In this document: piece after piece, positions 1 through 18,966 of the stretch | Position numbering within the stretch: the stretch's first letter is position 1 | Layout of the letters: every line of letters starts with the position of its first letter | Assembly: GCA_002104945.1 (NCBI GenBank) | Contig: MCFH01000030.1 | Location: 186,001-250,000, forward strand | Length of the DNA stretch: 64,000 nucleotides | Reading direction: 5' to 3' | Origin: Piromyces finnis finn | Lineage: Eukaryota; Fungi; Neocallimastigomycota | Translations under genes and position numbers: made by a program | The notes under the pieces: generated by a model | Databases searched by the model: none | What the model saw: the letters and a program-made list of their open reading frames with translations, nothing else | Told to the model about the DNA's origin: nothing

Positions 1-385
1 AGTGATTTCGGTAATTACTTTACTATTTTTATTATTATTTTCATTATTTTTATTATTATTTTCTTTATAACCTTCTATCATTTTTTTCATTTTAAATTTG
101 AAAATATATACTTTTAAATAATATAATTATATATAAATGAATAATAATAAATATTACTGCTAATATGCTAAGTACAAAGAAATATAATCATGAATTTATT
201 AATTATTATTAATAGTATTATATATTATTGGAAATCTAATATTACAATATTGTCCAGTAATTCTTTTATTTTTATCATATAAATTAAAGGCTGTATAATT
301 AACCATGTATTTCTTTATAATATAAATAATTTAATTTAGTAATAGAAATGATTATTAATTAACTTTCTATTTATTTTTTATTATA

Positions 386-3300
386 TTATAATACCTTCCC
401 ACAATAAAATTTACAAATTAAATAACCTTCGTTTTTCATATTATAACTTAATTCATTATTATAATGTTCATCTTCTATTTCTGTTGAGATTGAATTATTT
501 CCAAATTCATTATCAAAATTTTGATTTTCTTCATCAAATCTTGTTTCATTATCAATAATTACACTTTTAAAAGTCTGGTTGTCGTGCGTTACGCTAAATG
601 AATAAATTAATGATAATGATCTACCAATAATATGTGATGGCATCAAAATAATTTCTTTTCCTTTCTTTGTTACTTCAAGAACAAGTGACATTAGTGAAAT
701 ATTTTTATATGCTGGAGATATCTGATTTTTATTATGTTTAGGGAATGTATATTTTATTGGATTATCAGCATAACTTTTATTTGAAAAAACTGGCTTTAAT
801 CTTTTACCTTGATATTTATAATTTGATAGTGAGATTATAGGTTCTTGATTATTATCCAATGCATCAGATATAATATTACAAGATCTTTTTTTACTATTCT
901 TTATTACTTTGTCGTCATTATCCTTTTTATTTTTAAAGGAAAGTAATAGAAGAAAACATTTAATATAAATCAATAAAATTTCGTAAATAGTTTTATCTTC
1001 ATTATCAAATTAATAAATATATAAATATATAAATAAACCACAAACCTTTTCATTTATACTATCATTATAATTTATTAACATATTATCTTCGTCATCTAAT
1101 GATACACATTGCTTTTTTGGGGAGTTCTGAATTCCTTCATCAGAAAACTTTCTTCTATTATTATATAAATAATTTTCATTTTCATTTAGAATGCTATTAT
1201 TTTCATTAAATATATTAAAACTTGTATTTAATGTATTTCTTGTATCCATATTGTTTTCATTGCTTGTTTCTAAACAATTTCCAAATTCAGAAAAAATTCT
1301 AGATATATTTTCATTATTATTCCTTTCGTTTTCTTCTTGATAAATATATTCTTCCCAGTTTTCTAGTTTTGATGATAGACTAGGTAAACTATTCATGTCA
1401 ATTCTTTCAGCAATATCAAATATTGTTTCAGGTTCTTTTTTAGAGGTTTTACTTTTACTATCTTCATTATTTTGAATGTCATTATTCATTACCGATCCAT
1501 CTTCATTAATATCAATAAAGTATTTATCTAGTATATTATTAGAATTACTAAATGCTGTATGAAGAAAATCTAATATTCCTTTTGAATCTTCAACTATTGG
1601 TGGCTTAGCATCTTCATTTACAATTATATTTAAAACAGATTGTAACCATGCAAAAAATGAGTTTAAATTTTTTCTTAATTTTTTAATTTCTATTGAAATT
1701 TCTTCTAGCATTCCTATTAATGATCCTGTCAATACAATAAATTGTTTAATATCTGCTTCAACAATTCCTAACGAAGTGAATTGTTCATCCCTATAAATAA
1801 TGTATGAAAAATATAACTATAAATGTTTTTATTTTTTAAAACTATTTTTCTATTTTGATATTTATAAGAGCCACTAATACCATTTACAAAAGCCCAATAA
1901 ATCACTTAGATAATATAATAATCTTTCACATCCTGGCTGGACATATTCAATTATTAATTTATATATATTTGAATAGGTGACATCTAATATTCTTTCCCAA
2001 TTTTTAATTCCCTATATAATTTTTAATAATTATTAACATATATTAACATATATTTTTATAAAATGATTAAAAATTATGCATGTAAATGACCTTTTCTTTT
2101 AGTTCATTTGATAAATAATGACGGACACTTTGAGTTGGTAACCCAGTAACAAATGTTATAATGAATTCTGTAATTGGTGGTGTAAAAACTATAATTACAA
2201 CAATATTATAATAATAATAAAGAAATATATCAATATAGTTTGAAATAATATTAAAATTTATAATAATAATGTATTATATAAATATTATATTGTGTACTGT
2301 ATTATATATATGCTATATATATGTATTAATAACATTATTACCTGCAAAGTCCTCCATAACTTCACTAAATTTTTTTAAATTATCATTGGTAATTTTAACT
2401 TTTCCTTCATACTCCGACTTCATATTTTTAATACCGCTATATATATAATTTAAATGTGAAATCATATTACCTAATTTTATTGCCAATGATCTTATCTTTT
2501 TTTTTTTCTTAAATATTATATTTGTATCAAATGTCATTTTATGAAGCTTATATTTTTTACTGATTGCTTTTAAATTGTAAGGTCTTGAATTATTACTATA
2601 TTGATTTAATTCATTTTCTAATTTTCCAGATAATATATCATTTTCAGAATCAGCTGAGATAACAATTAAAGAGATATAGTGAAAATCAATTGATAGGTAG
2701 GATGATACAATATATGGGTTCTTAAATAAAATAGTAATAAAGCAAAAAAAAAAATATTAAGTAATAATGTACATTGTCATTAAATAACCTAATTATTTAT
2801 TACAAATATAATAATTATATTATATTTTATTCTGTGTTTGTAAACTACTATTTTGTTAACTTTTACCTTAATATTACACATTGTATCTTTAGTAATATCA
2901 ATTGAGCCAAGATAGAATAAGCCAAACATACTATAAAACATAATAATGTTATTATATTATATATACTTTAATAGTAATTATTAAATTGTTACCTCATGTG
3001 AAATTGTCCTTTATTATCATATATCAATAAAATATCAATTTTGTCATCATTATTATGAATTTTTTCTGATAATAGTGTAGTACCCATTTTTGAATTGTTT
3101 GAAAAAATTTCTCCTGAATATTGTGAAATATTACTATAATTTTTTTTTATTATATAATTACATTTTGGTATATAAATCTTTACAATATAGCAATAACAAC
3201 AACAATAATAACAATAATATAAACATAATAAATAATACTTACAATTGCTGTGAATTTGGAATTTTACTTAAATTAGGTAAATCATTTTCAAGTGATGTCG

Positions 3301-4002
3301 TCATTGTTTTCATTATCTTTAGACACATAATATAATATTAATAATATAAAAATAATAATAATAATATATGATATTTAATTTATTAGAATTCAATGATATT
3401 TTAAATTTAAATTTATTTTTTAATTTCATGAAAATACAAACTTGATTTGGGTTCTTTGTATATGTTTCTTCTAACCATGTCATGGAGGTAATATATGCAT
3501 TTTTTGTGAAATGTGTCAGGGAGTATGCAATTTGTGAAGTTTCAACGTCTATTAATTTTAAAGAACCATCAATATAACCTATAGCTATTATTTTTCCTGT
3601 TATGGTATATATATATATTTCAATTACTTATTATGTACATTTTCTATAATTAAATTTTTAATTTTTAATTCTATTCAAAGTCTTATCTACCATCAGGTCT
3701 CCATTCTATTGAAGTTTGACATAAAGTACTATTAATTGCCCAAATTTTTTGTAATACGAATTTATCTTCTATCCATGTTGTTCGGTATACTGTTAATTTA
3801 TAGCTTGAATTCACTATTGCTAATAAATCCATTGAAGGACACCATTTAATATGAAGAATCTTTTCTTGAAAATTCTAAAAATATTATATTGATTATTATT
3901 TAGCTAAATTTTAATAAATTGAATTTTGGAATAAATATATGGTGTTTATTTTACAATATTTTCAGATTGAATATTTATTTCAGGATAGTTAGTGGATTCC
4001 AT
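386..4002 (-). CDS. APC4: Anaphase-promoting complex subunit 4 (multi-exon; probably continues left of 386)
   Basis: Manual splicing from ATG at 4002 gives MESTNYPEINIQSENI|NFQEKILHIKWCPSMDLLAIVNSSYKLTVYRTTW...IEWRPDG..IAIGYIDGSLKLIDVET, the ANAPC4 WD40 pattern (W.P..DLLA / WRPDG). Later exons LRSLAIKLGNMISHLNYI and GIKNWERILDVTYSNIYKLI...LSDLLGFCKW fit the Apc4 helical domain. ORFs 2313-2537, 1010-1732 and 386-973 are exons. A GTATTA donor near 390 and a coding-like stretch at about 245-315 suggest more 3' exons. Confidence 0.8.
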
Positions 4003-4534
4003 TTTAGTATTTAAAATAATTAAATATTTTTGTATTTATTTTAAAAAAAAAAATTAATTGAAATTTTGTAATTATTTATATAAAGTATATTATATTCCTT
4101 TTATAAATTAAGTATTATTATGTTAAAGTATTAATAGGATTCTCTCTTCCTCTCTCTCGCTCTTTATCAAATATTTTTTTTCATTATAGTGATTTATTTT
4201 CTAAATTGCAACTTTATTATAAATGATTGATAGTTTTTATACTTTTTTTTTTATTAAAATTTTAATTAAATAATATATGATATAAATTAATTATTGTAGT
4301 ATTATTGTAATATATAAATTATATAAAATAATTATTTAAAATTTTGAAATTGAAATAAATTGCTTTTTTATATTTTTTTTTAAAAATTCTCTTATTATTT
4401 CAATAAAAGAGATATAAAAGAAAGACATTCTTTTTTTTTTTTTATTTATAAATACAATACAATATAAAATAAAATAAAATACTACTAAATACACTAGAAA
4501 GTTAGAAAATTTTATTATATATTGCCATAATAAA

Positions 4535-5785
4535 ATGTATAGTGATATTACAAAAGAAGTAATTAATACTTTTATTAAAAAAGAGAGACAAAATGAAGCA
4601 AGTTTTGTGGAACTATTTCCTAGTGTTGACCTTAATAAAATGGTAGAGTACTAATATAATTTAGTAAATAAATAAAAAAATTATTATTAATATTCTTTTA
4701 TTTTAAAATAGAAAAAAATATTTGATAGTGAATGTTATGAAACTAATAATAATAATAATAATAATAATAATGATACCATAGTAACCAATTTTTTTGAGTA
4801 TACAGGAAACAATACTAGTAATATTTTAAGAACAAATGATAATGCTAATAATAAAGATGATAATAGTATTGATAATTCTGAAATAAATATTAATACTTTT
4901 AATATGGAAGATAATTTAAATATGTTAGAAAAGTGTGATAATGCTGTTATTTTAATTGAAGAGGAAAATAAAAAACAGAAAGAATTAAAACCTAATCATA
5001 ATACAATAAGAAGTGATGGAAATAAATTTATGGAATTTTTAAATAGATCAAAGCAAAATGAAGAAAATACTATAGACAAAAATAGCGAATCATATAAAAA
5101 ATATTTAAATAACAAATCAAGCAAGTCTTTCATATCATATAAAAAATTTGAAGTATTAAATAGTACATTATTGCCTAATACAATAGATAGTATGTTCTCA
5201 GAATGTCCTAATGAATTTGACATATACGAATATAATAGCAATACTAGTACTAATAATAATTATAACAATTCAATAAATGAGCAGCATGTAGATAATACTA
5301 AAAAAATTGGAAAATTAATTAAAAAAGAGAATAAAAATTCAAATAATAATAAATACTTTAGTAATAATTTAAATGAAAATAAAACTATTAATAATAATAG
5401 GGATGTAAATGATATTTCCTTGAGTGACCATGATCTAACTAATCCAGATATAATTTTATCGAAAATTAGAAAATATAATGAAGAAATGGAAAAAATTCAA
5501 AATGAAATAATATCTAATTATCGTCTAAATTGTAAACCATCACTAAATTATAATATAAGTAATATTGAAAACATATCAAAAATAAAAATAACAGAAGAAA
5601 CTTGTATTGATGATGATACTGAACAACCGATTGAAGAAATATCATTAAAGAAAGATTTTTGGAAAACCTCCAACCTTTCTATTTCAATGAAAGAGTTGGA
5701 AAAAAAAAGTATAACAAATAATGATATAGATATAACTAGTAAGCCGTTCTTGAAAGTAGATAATTTTGTAACTTGGGAAGAATAA
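4535..5785 (+). CDS. Hypothetical Asn-rich protein, two exons, divergent from APC4
   Basis: ATG at 4535 (MYSDITKEVINTFIKKERQNEASFVELFPSVDLNKM), a short GT-AG intron near 4644-4691, then an open frame continuing into ORF 4904-5785 and ending KPFLKVDNFVTWEE*. No domain recognised. Confidence 0.6.
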
Positions 5786-7378
5786 TATATTGATGCTATG
5801 AATATATAATGAAAAACTGATATACTGTTAATTTTTAATTTTACTATTTTATATATATATATTTATATTTATTATTTCCTTTTTTCATTTTTCATTTATC
5901 TTATAGTATGTTTTATTTTACATTAAACTAAATACTAAATATATATTGTGGATTTTAACTGAATATGTATATTATTATATAATTACATTTTCTGTTATTT
6001 ATAATTTTAATATATTAAAATATATATTAAAATTTTAATATCAAATTATAATTTTAACTATTACATATATTACATACTAAACATATAATATATATTTAAT
6101 ATTGATTTTACACATATTATTAATACCATTAATAATAAATTAAGATTATTAATTATTAAAAATGTCTTTTATATGTATTTTTTTTTTTTTTTTTTTTTTG
6201 TAACTTTAGTAACAAAATAAAATTCTAAAAATTTTTATTTTTTTTTCTTAACTACTTAACATAAATAATACATAGAAAAAAAAAAAAAAATAAATAAAGT
6301 AATATATATATATTGTAAGGTAGAGTAAATTTTATTTGGTTTTTTCGTTTTATTTTATAATATACCAAAGTAAATGATTTATATAATGTTTTGCATTTTG
6401 TATTATTTAAAGAAAATAAAAACAAACAGTAAAAAATTCAAAATTTAAAAAGGAAAATAATTAATAAAATTAAAGAAAGAGAAAAATTATAAAAAGGAAA
6501 AATATTTTTAGTTCAATAAACAGTATTATTTTTATTATAATAAATAATAAATGTCCTTTTATTATTATTATTGTTATTTTAAAAAAATAAGAAATTGAAA
6601 TAGGCATTAGACATATAATAATATATAGTAATGTTTAATTAGATAATTATTATGAAAACTCTGTATATATTATATATATCATCTTAATATCGAAAAAATA
6701 AAAGATAAAGAAAAACAAACTAAAAAATAAACTTCTGATTAATTTAGATAACGAAAAAATAATTATTATAAAAATAAATTATCCATCAATAAATAAAATA
6801 AAAAAATTTTAAAATAGTAGGAGTATAAATACAGTAAATAAACGAATAAATAATAAATAATAAAAATATATATAAAGTTGTTTAGATGATATAAAAAAAT
6901 TAATTTAGAAAAAAAAAAATGAAATTTAAATTTTAAGTTAGAAATTCGATAATATACATATTAATACATATTATATAATGAGCAACTTTATATTAAAATT
7001 TAACATTAATAATTTTTAAAATATATATTTTTTTAATAATTGAAAAAAATGTTCGATATAAATCAAATCAATTCAAGATTTTTAAAATCTTGAATTATTT
7101 ATTTTATAATGAAAACTAAATTTTAATATTGACTAATCTTTTTTTTTTTTTTTTAAATTATTTAATTTAATCTAATCATTCTGTTATAAACTTAAAACAT
7201 ATTTCGATCTATATGATTTATATAAATGGATATACAATTATTTATAATAATATGTATATTTTATATTTCTAGAGTTAATAATTAATATTTTTAATTACAA
7301 GTTAAATTCAAAATTATATCAACTATAATTTAACATAATAAAATCAATAATTAAATTTTATTTTAGATAATAAATGTC

Positions 7379-12815
<5,437 letters not shown>

Positions 12816-12850
12816 TATGTCAAAGTCTGATTTTTAAAATTTAATAGTTA

Positions 12851-12883
<33 letters not shown>

Positions 12884-13065
12884 ATTGCATATATAAATCT
12901 TTTTTTTTATTTTTTTAAAAAAAAGAAAAATATTTCAATTAATGGAATATATATATACAATTATATTATTGAATAATAACAAATTTAACACAATTATTTT
13001 AGTATTTAAAAAAACAATAAAATTTAATAAATAATTAGTAAATAATAACATGTAAAGAAAAAAAA

Positions 13066-13098
<33 letters not shown>

Positions 13099-13629
13099 AC
13101 AAAAAAACAAAAAAACAAAAACAGAACAAAACAAAAAATGCAAAAAAAAAAAAAAAGAAAAAAAAAAAAAAAAAAAAACTACCAAAATAATGTGCATATA
13201 TATTTTTTGAAATATAGTTTAAAAAATAAAACAATAATGATAGTAAAATTAAACTATTTATTATTATTCATTGTATTAAATACGTTTTGTTTTAGTAAAA
13301 TAATTTTTATCATTATTATAAATATTAGAAGGATATAAGTGAGATTAGTAGGCATTATGTCCGGAATAATTTTCCTTTTTAATTTTATTTCATTTAATTT
13401 ATTGGGAAGTACAATTTGTAGTGTGTTTTTCAGTATAATATTTATTATTATTATTATCATATATTATCAACTCAACTGATATAATATTAAATACTTTTAA
13501 AAAATTAAATAAATAAAATAATAAAAAAAAAAAAGTATTCTATTCCTTGTTTAAAAGAAGAAAAAAGATAGAGTAGAAATGATTTATTTTATTGTATATT
13601 TAAAAATTTAAATTTGCTATAAAACTAGA

Positions 13630-14874
13630 TTAATATTCTTCATCATCATCATCATAACTGTCATCATCATCACTATTATCTCTTCGATGATTTTTTCTTG
13701 ATTTTCTAAGTGTCTGTTCAGAATTAGTATTACTATTATTTTTTGCTTTGAAAATCGGTTCATATTCCTATAAAAAAATTTTTTTTTTATATTGTTAAAA
13801 AAAAAATGTTTTTTTTTTTTTTTTTCTCATATTATTTTTATCCTATATATATTTAATAAAAACCTTTAGTTGAAGTTCAAATCCCATATTTGGTTTTATA
13901 CAAAATCTTTTTGATTTCACTATTTTAAAAGCTTCTTCATATGAAATATTATTGGATTCCATGAGATAGGCAATAACAAATGTAGGACTTCTAGATATAC
14001 TAGCATTACTATGAATTAATATTTTCCCATTAGAGTATAGAGCATTATTTATAAAGTTTTTAACTTTTTGGAAATGAGGAATCAATATTTCTAAAGGATT
14101 ATCTGAGGCATTACTATTAAAATTAATAAATATATATTTATATTAGTTATTAAAGTCCATTATATATTCAATGTTAATAAATTTATTTAAAGTATTGACA
14201 ATATTTATATATTTATTATTTGATTGAATTCCGTACATTACTAGATAAATAAATTGTCCCTTTAAATAAGGTTTTATTATATTTTCTTCTTTGGTATCTG
14301 TAATGCATAGAATATGTGTAATATGGTTTTCTTCTAAAAGTTTTAAGTTTTTTGCACAATAAAATGGTCCTAAAAAAAGACCGGGTATAATTTCTTGCAT
14401 TTCTCTTCTCATTTCATATTTCCATATATTATTTTCTTCATTATAATTTTCCTTTAATAAAAAGTACAATAATAAAAATAATATAATATAATATAATATA
14501 ATATAATATAATATAATATAAAATAATAAATAAATAAATAAATAAATGTGTAATAAGAATAAAAATAATAAAAAAGGTGAAGAAAAGGACAAATAGTTTT
14601 TTATTATTAAATGAAAAATTGATTGAAGTATTGTAATAAATTAGATTTTTAATATTATTTATACTATCTATTAACTATCTATTAAGAAATTTTCATTTTC
14701 ATTTCTTCTGTTTTATTAAATAAATGTGATAAATTTTATTTATTTAAATGGTTATATCTTATATTAAATAATATATACTACTATGAACATTTATAGATTT
14801 CACATTAATTAAGGAAATATTATATATATAAAAAATAGAAATATTTGATTATTACTTACATTTGTAATATCCAT
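13630..14874 (-). CDS. STYX: STYX-like dual-specificity pseudophosphatase (catalytic Cys replaced by Ser)
   Basis: WKYEMRREMQEIIPGLFLGPF...HITHILCI...IIKP...KILIHSNASISRSPTFVIAYLME...VKSKRFCIKPNMGFELQLK|EYEPIF parallels human STYX (W.YPMRREMQEILPGLFLGPY; VHGNAGISRS; RFCINPN.GF..QL.EYE) along its length. The putative first exon MDITN at 14874-14860 is less certain. Stop at 13630-13632. Confidence 0.85.
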
Positions 14875-15432
14875 CTTGGTAGAGTCTAAATTATTAATAA
14901 AATATTTTATTTTTTGTTGATTGTTCTGATTATTTTCTTTCTTTCTTTTTTTTTTTTTTTTTTTAACAATTAAGTAAATTATCAAATAATTAATAAATTA
15001 TATAAATTATATATATTAAATTATTCAATATTATATATTTCAATTGTTATATCTATTTTTTTTCTTAAAAATTACTTTTATAAAATATAAGATTATTATA
15101 TTATTGGCATATATTAACAATAAAACCTCAATATGATTTTATTTTAATTTCTTTTAAAGAGCTTAATTATCTCTTGAATAGATACTTTTTATTTTTTCTA
15201 TTATTATTATTTTTTTTAATAATTCTTAATTATGATATAATACTTTAATTAAAAATATGAAATTTGAATGGATAAATAGAAATAAAAAAAAATTAATAAT
15301 TAAAGTTTTATAATTGAATTTTAAAGGTTATTATTATTTTTTTTCAATAATGAAGGTAAAAAAAAAGAGGAAGATTTTTTAGCAAGTTAATACTTTTCTA
15401 TTAGAGCAACTATTTACATTAATATATATAGT

Positions 15433-17780
15433 TTAATCAATACATTCATTTTCACGACAATCACCAAAACATTTTTTATAGCTATGATAACATTCTACAA
15501 TATCTTGATCTAATTTATAATAATTTGGAATTTTTTGATACTTTTAGAATCTAAATCAACTACATGAATATTATATTGGTACTTTTTACTCTTTATCTTA
15601 ATTTCACGATAATTTTCCTTTTCAAAATTTAAATCAGATGCTTGTGCATTGTTTTCTGTAATTTTATTTGACTGGTTAATAATCGAGGAAGAGAGCTTTT
15701 TATTCAATGAGCCATCTAAAAATTTATACAATATTAGGAATTTAAATGTTCTCTTTGATACTAAAATTTTACTTTATGTTATATTATTATTTACCTTTAC
15801 AATTATTATCATCATCATTGATAGATTGTACAGCAATTAAGATTGAACAATCTTTAATAGTTTTTGATATTAAAAATTCTAATATATGTTGTTTTTTTTC
15901 TTCATCTGTGAAGATTTTTTCTTTTTTTAACATATTATCTTTTTTATATATATCATTCTTTAATAATTCTTTTCCGGAATGCGTAAGGTTGGTATATTTA
16001 GATGCTAATGGAAGAGATCTTGTTTTGTTTTTATAATTATTAAAACCAATAAACCAATCTTCCATTGTTGGTTCTTTCATTTCTTTTCTATTAACCGAAG
16101 AATCTTCTTTTAAATTTTAAACAAATAAAAAAAAATAATTTTTTTTTTCGTTTTACAATTATATACATGTTAAATTTGTTAGAAGACTATAAAATAGAAA
16201 TTAAAAGGATTATTAAATAAAAATTTACCTGATTGATAATCTTTATGGATGAAGTATTCATAAAATTGAATTATTTTCTCTATATCTAAGCTATCTAAGT
16301 TACGTTGATGAAATTTTAAACGATCAAATAATTCAGATTCCTGTAGAATTAAATATGTGAAGAAGTTACAAAATTCTTGTTTAAGGTTTTCTTTATTACA
16401 GTTAAAAAATTTTGTTAAATTTTCTATTAAATCTTCATTATTCATATTATCTTTATCTTTATTACACTTCTTATTATCTTTTGTGTCATCATTATCATTC
16501 GTATCAATCTTTATCTTTTTATTATTTTGCGATTTCTTATCTTCCTTTCTTTTACTCTCATCCTTTTTATTAAGCGATTTCAAATTTACTTGCTTTCCAT
16601 TTATAAATAGTTTCAAATTATTTCCAGGACAATTAAAGAGACTATTAATACTTTTATTAATACGCTCATTATCTTTAGAATATAAATCCAAGGGACAGAA
16701 ATGTTTTTTTAAAATAGGATGGATTTCATTAGTATTTATAGGTGGATTCCCTTCTATTTTATCTTTATTTTTGTATAAATAATGAAGACAGAAACGACAA
16801 TATTTATATTTTATTAAAGATTCTTTTTTAGTAAATGCACTTTTTAATGGATTTGGTTTAAATCCCCATTTAGGTTTTAATTCAATAGCAATTGTATGAG
16901 TTTCAGGGATAGATTGGTTGTTAGAATCATTTAATAAAGAATGATTATGATCTTTTATATTTAAAATTGAAGAATCATTAGAAGGGGTATTTAAATTGGA
17001 TATCACAGTACTTGAACATTGTTGGTATATTGATTTACTGACATCTTTTTCTTGCTCTGTGAATTCATCTAATTTAATTTGGTTATTTAAATTATTTGAA
17101 TTCACAAAATCTTTTTGGATTTTTATTTTATTTAAAAATTCAGAATTGAATATATTTAGGGCGTTTAAATCTAAAGATTTTGTTTCTTTTGAAGAGAGGA
17201 TGACTGTTTGATTTTTTTTTACTTTCGTGTAATCCAATGATAATATACCATAATATTGTTCATTATCAATACGATCGACAGAACGACGATTTTCTGGTCT
17301 ATACGAATATATATATTGATTTAGATTCTCCAAAAATGAAGAATTTACTTTTAAAAGTATATTCGTACCAGAAAAACGCTCTCCTAACAAATTATTTATA
17401 ATTAAATTATTGTAAAGAATATTATTTATTTGAAGCTTATCAATTAAATTATATATTTTATTATTGGTGTCATTGGTATTAATATCTTCTGTATTAATAG
17501 AATTATTATCAACACTATCATTAATTTTGGTCTCTTTATTTGCTGTAATTTCATCCTTGCTTTTTATAGATTGGTTTTTTAATTGTTGAATTTTATATTC
17601 TTCTAATGTAATTTTTCTTAGTCGTAGTATAATACCATTATATTCAACATTATTTCCACAGTAAGTGACAACTAAATTTGCTCTTCCTTCTGCTTTATAT
17701 TCCCAAAGTTTTTCATGTAGTAATTCTGGTAAGTCTGCAATTTTTATATTATTAACTATTTCGTTGATTTCATTTATCAT
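15433..17780 (-). CDS. IPK1: Inositol-pentakisphosphate 2-kinase, multi-exon, with an apparent 1-nt frameshift near the 3' end
   Basis: Motifs WEYKAEGRANLVVTY, ILRLRK, IELKPKWGF, CRFCLH, FCPLDLYS, NNLKLF, FLISKTIKDCSILI and VVDLDSK are characteristic of the Ins_P5_2-kinase family. The conserved tail (K)IPNYYKLDQDIV lies in a different frame after the A6 run at 15531-15536. Confidence 0.9.
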
Positions 17781-18966
17781 TGTTATTTGTTGATTCTGTT
17801 TATCTATTATATTATATATGGATAGTATGAATAGGTGTATTAATTTTAATAATTAGTATATATATAATAAATTAAATATATCCAAAACATTAAAAATTTT
17901 ATTTCGTTTTATTTTTTTTTCTAAAAAAAAGATATTTTGAATAGTCATTACTTATTTCAATGTTTCCTATTTTTGTTTTGTTATCATTTAATTGTAAATA
18001 TGAATGTATACTTTGATATTCTTTTTTTTTTTTTTTTTTTTTATTATATATAGTATTTTTATTAACTTGAGACTTAATATAAAATATTTTAATTTTTATA
18101 TATATTTAATTACTACTGTATATTTTAAATTTCTTTTCTTATAATTATTTTAAAAGTAATATATTGATTTTTATCCTATTATATATATAGTATATTTATA
18201 ACAAAAGAAAATCAATTAAGACATTAAATTTTATTTCATGAAATTTAAATTTCGAATTTAAATTAATTTTTTATTTTTTATAAATAAATTAATGAATATA
18301 ATATTTTCTTTCTTTTTATTTTAATAAGTAGTTTTATTATATTAATTATACCAGCATTTACTAAAATTAATATATTAAATGTCTTTGAGATTTACTTAAT
18401 TATCTATTAAAAAAAATACAGAAAAAAAATATATTGTTGGATAATACACTATTTTATAGGATTTGAATTTATGCATAAATTTTAAAGTTTATTATTAATT
18501 AATATAATAATAAATAAAAAATTCATTAATTTGAAGAAAAAAAAATAGATAAAAATAAAAAACCGTCACTAATCATCTAATCATTAATATTAATTTATAT
18601 AATTAACAACTAATAATAATATAAAATATTTCAAGTAATTTTCAAGTTTATATAATATAATAAAATAATAAAATATGAATATTTATTAAGTTTATTCTTA
18701 GATAACGAAAGATGTATACATTTAGTATTCAATAAATTACAGAAATTATGTATATTGTTTATTAGCATATGCTTTTACTAGTAAACAATAACATTTTAAT
18801 AGTACATATTAAATTGTCTATTTAATTTTTTTATTTTTAATTTACTTTAATAAAATAGTGTAAAATAAAAAAAAAATATAACCCCATGCAAAATTATCCT
18901 TCATCATACTATTTTTATTCATTAATACATTATTAAAATAATAATGTTAGAATTTAAAGATTATTT

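Noticed and set aside
12935-13460. Phe-rich and Lys-rich ORFs between USP7 and STYX (similarly 33638-34026, 25704-25910, 43071-43322)
   Set aside because: They derive from poly-A/poly-T tracts in UTR or intergenic DNA and have no coding complexity.
16357-17211. Antisense ORFs overlapping real genes (e.g. 16357-16782, 16996-17211, 36698-37057, 41281-41499, 45067-45315, 46673-46951, 52463-52816)
   Set aside because: Shadow frames opposite well-supported CDSs; no independent motifs.
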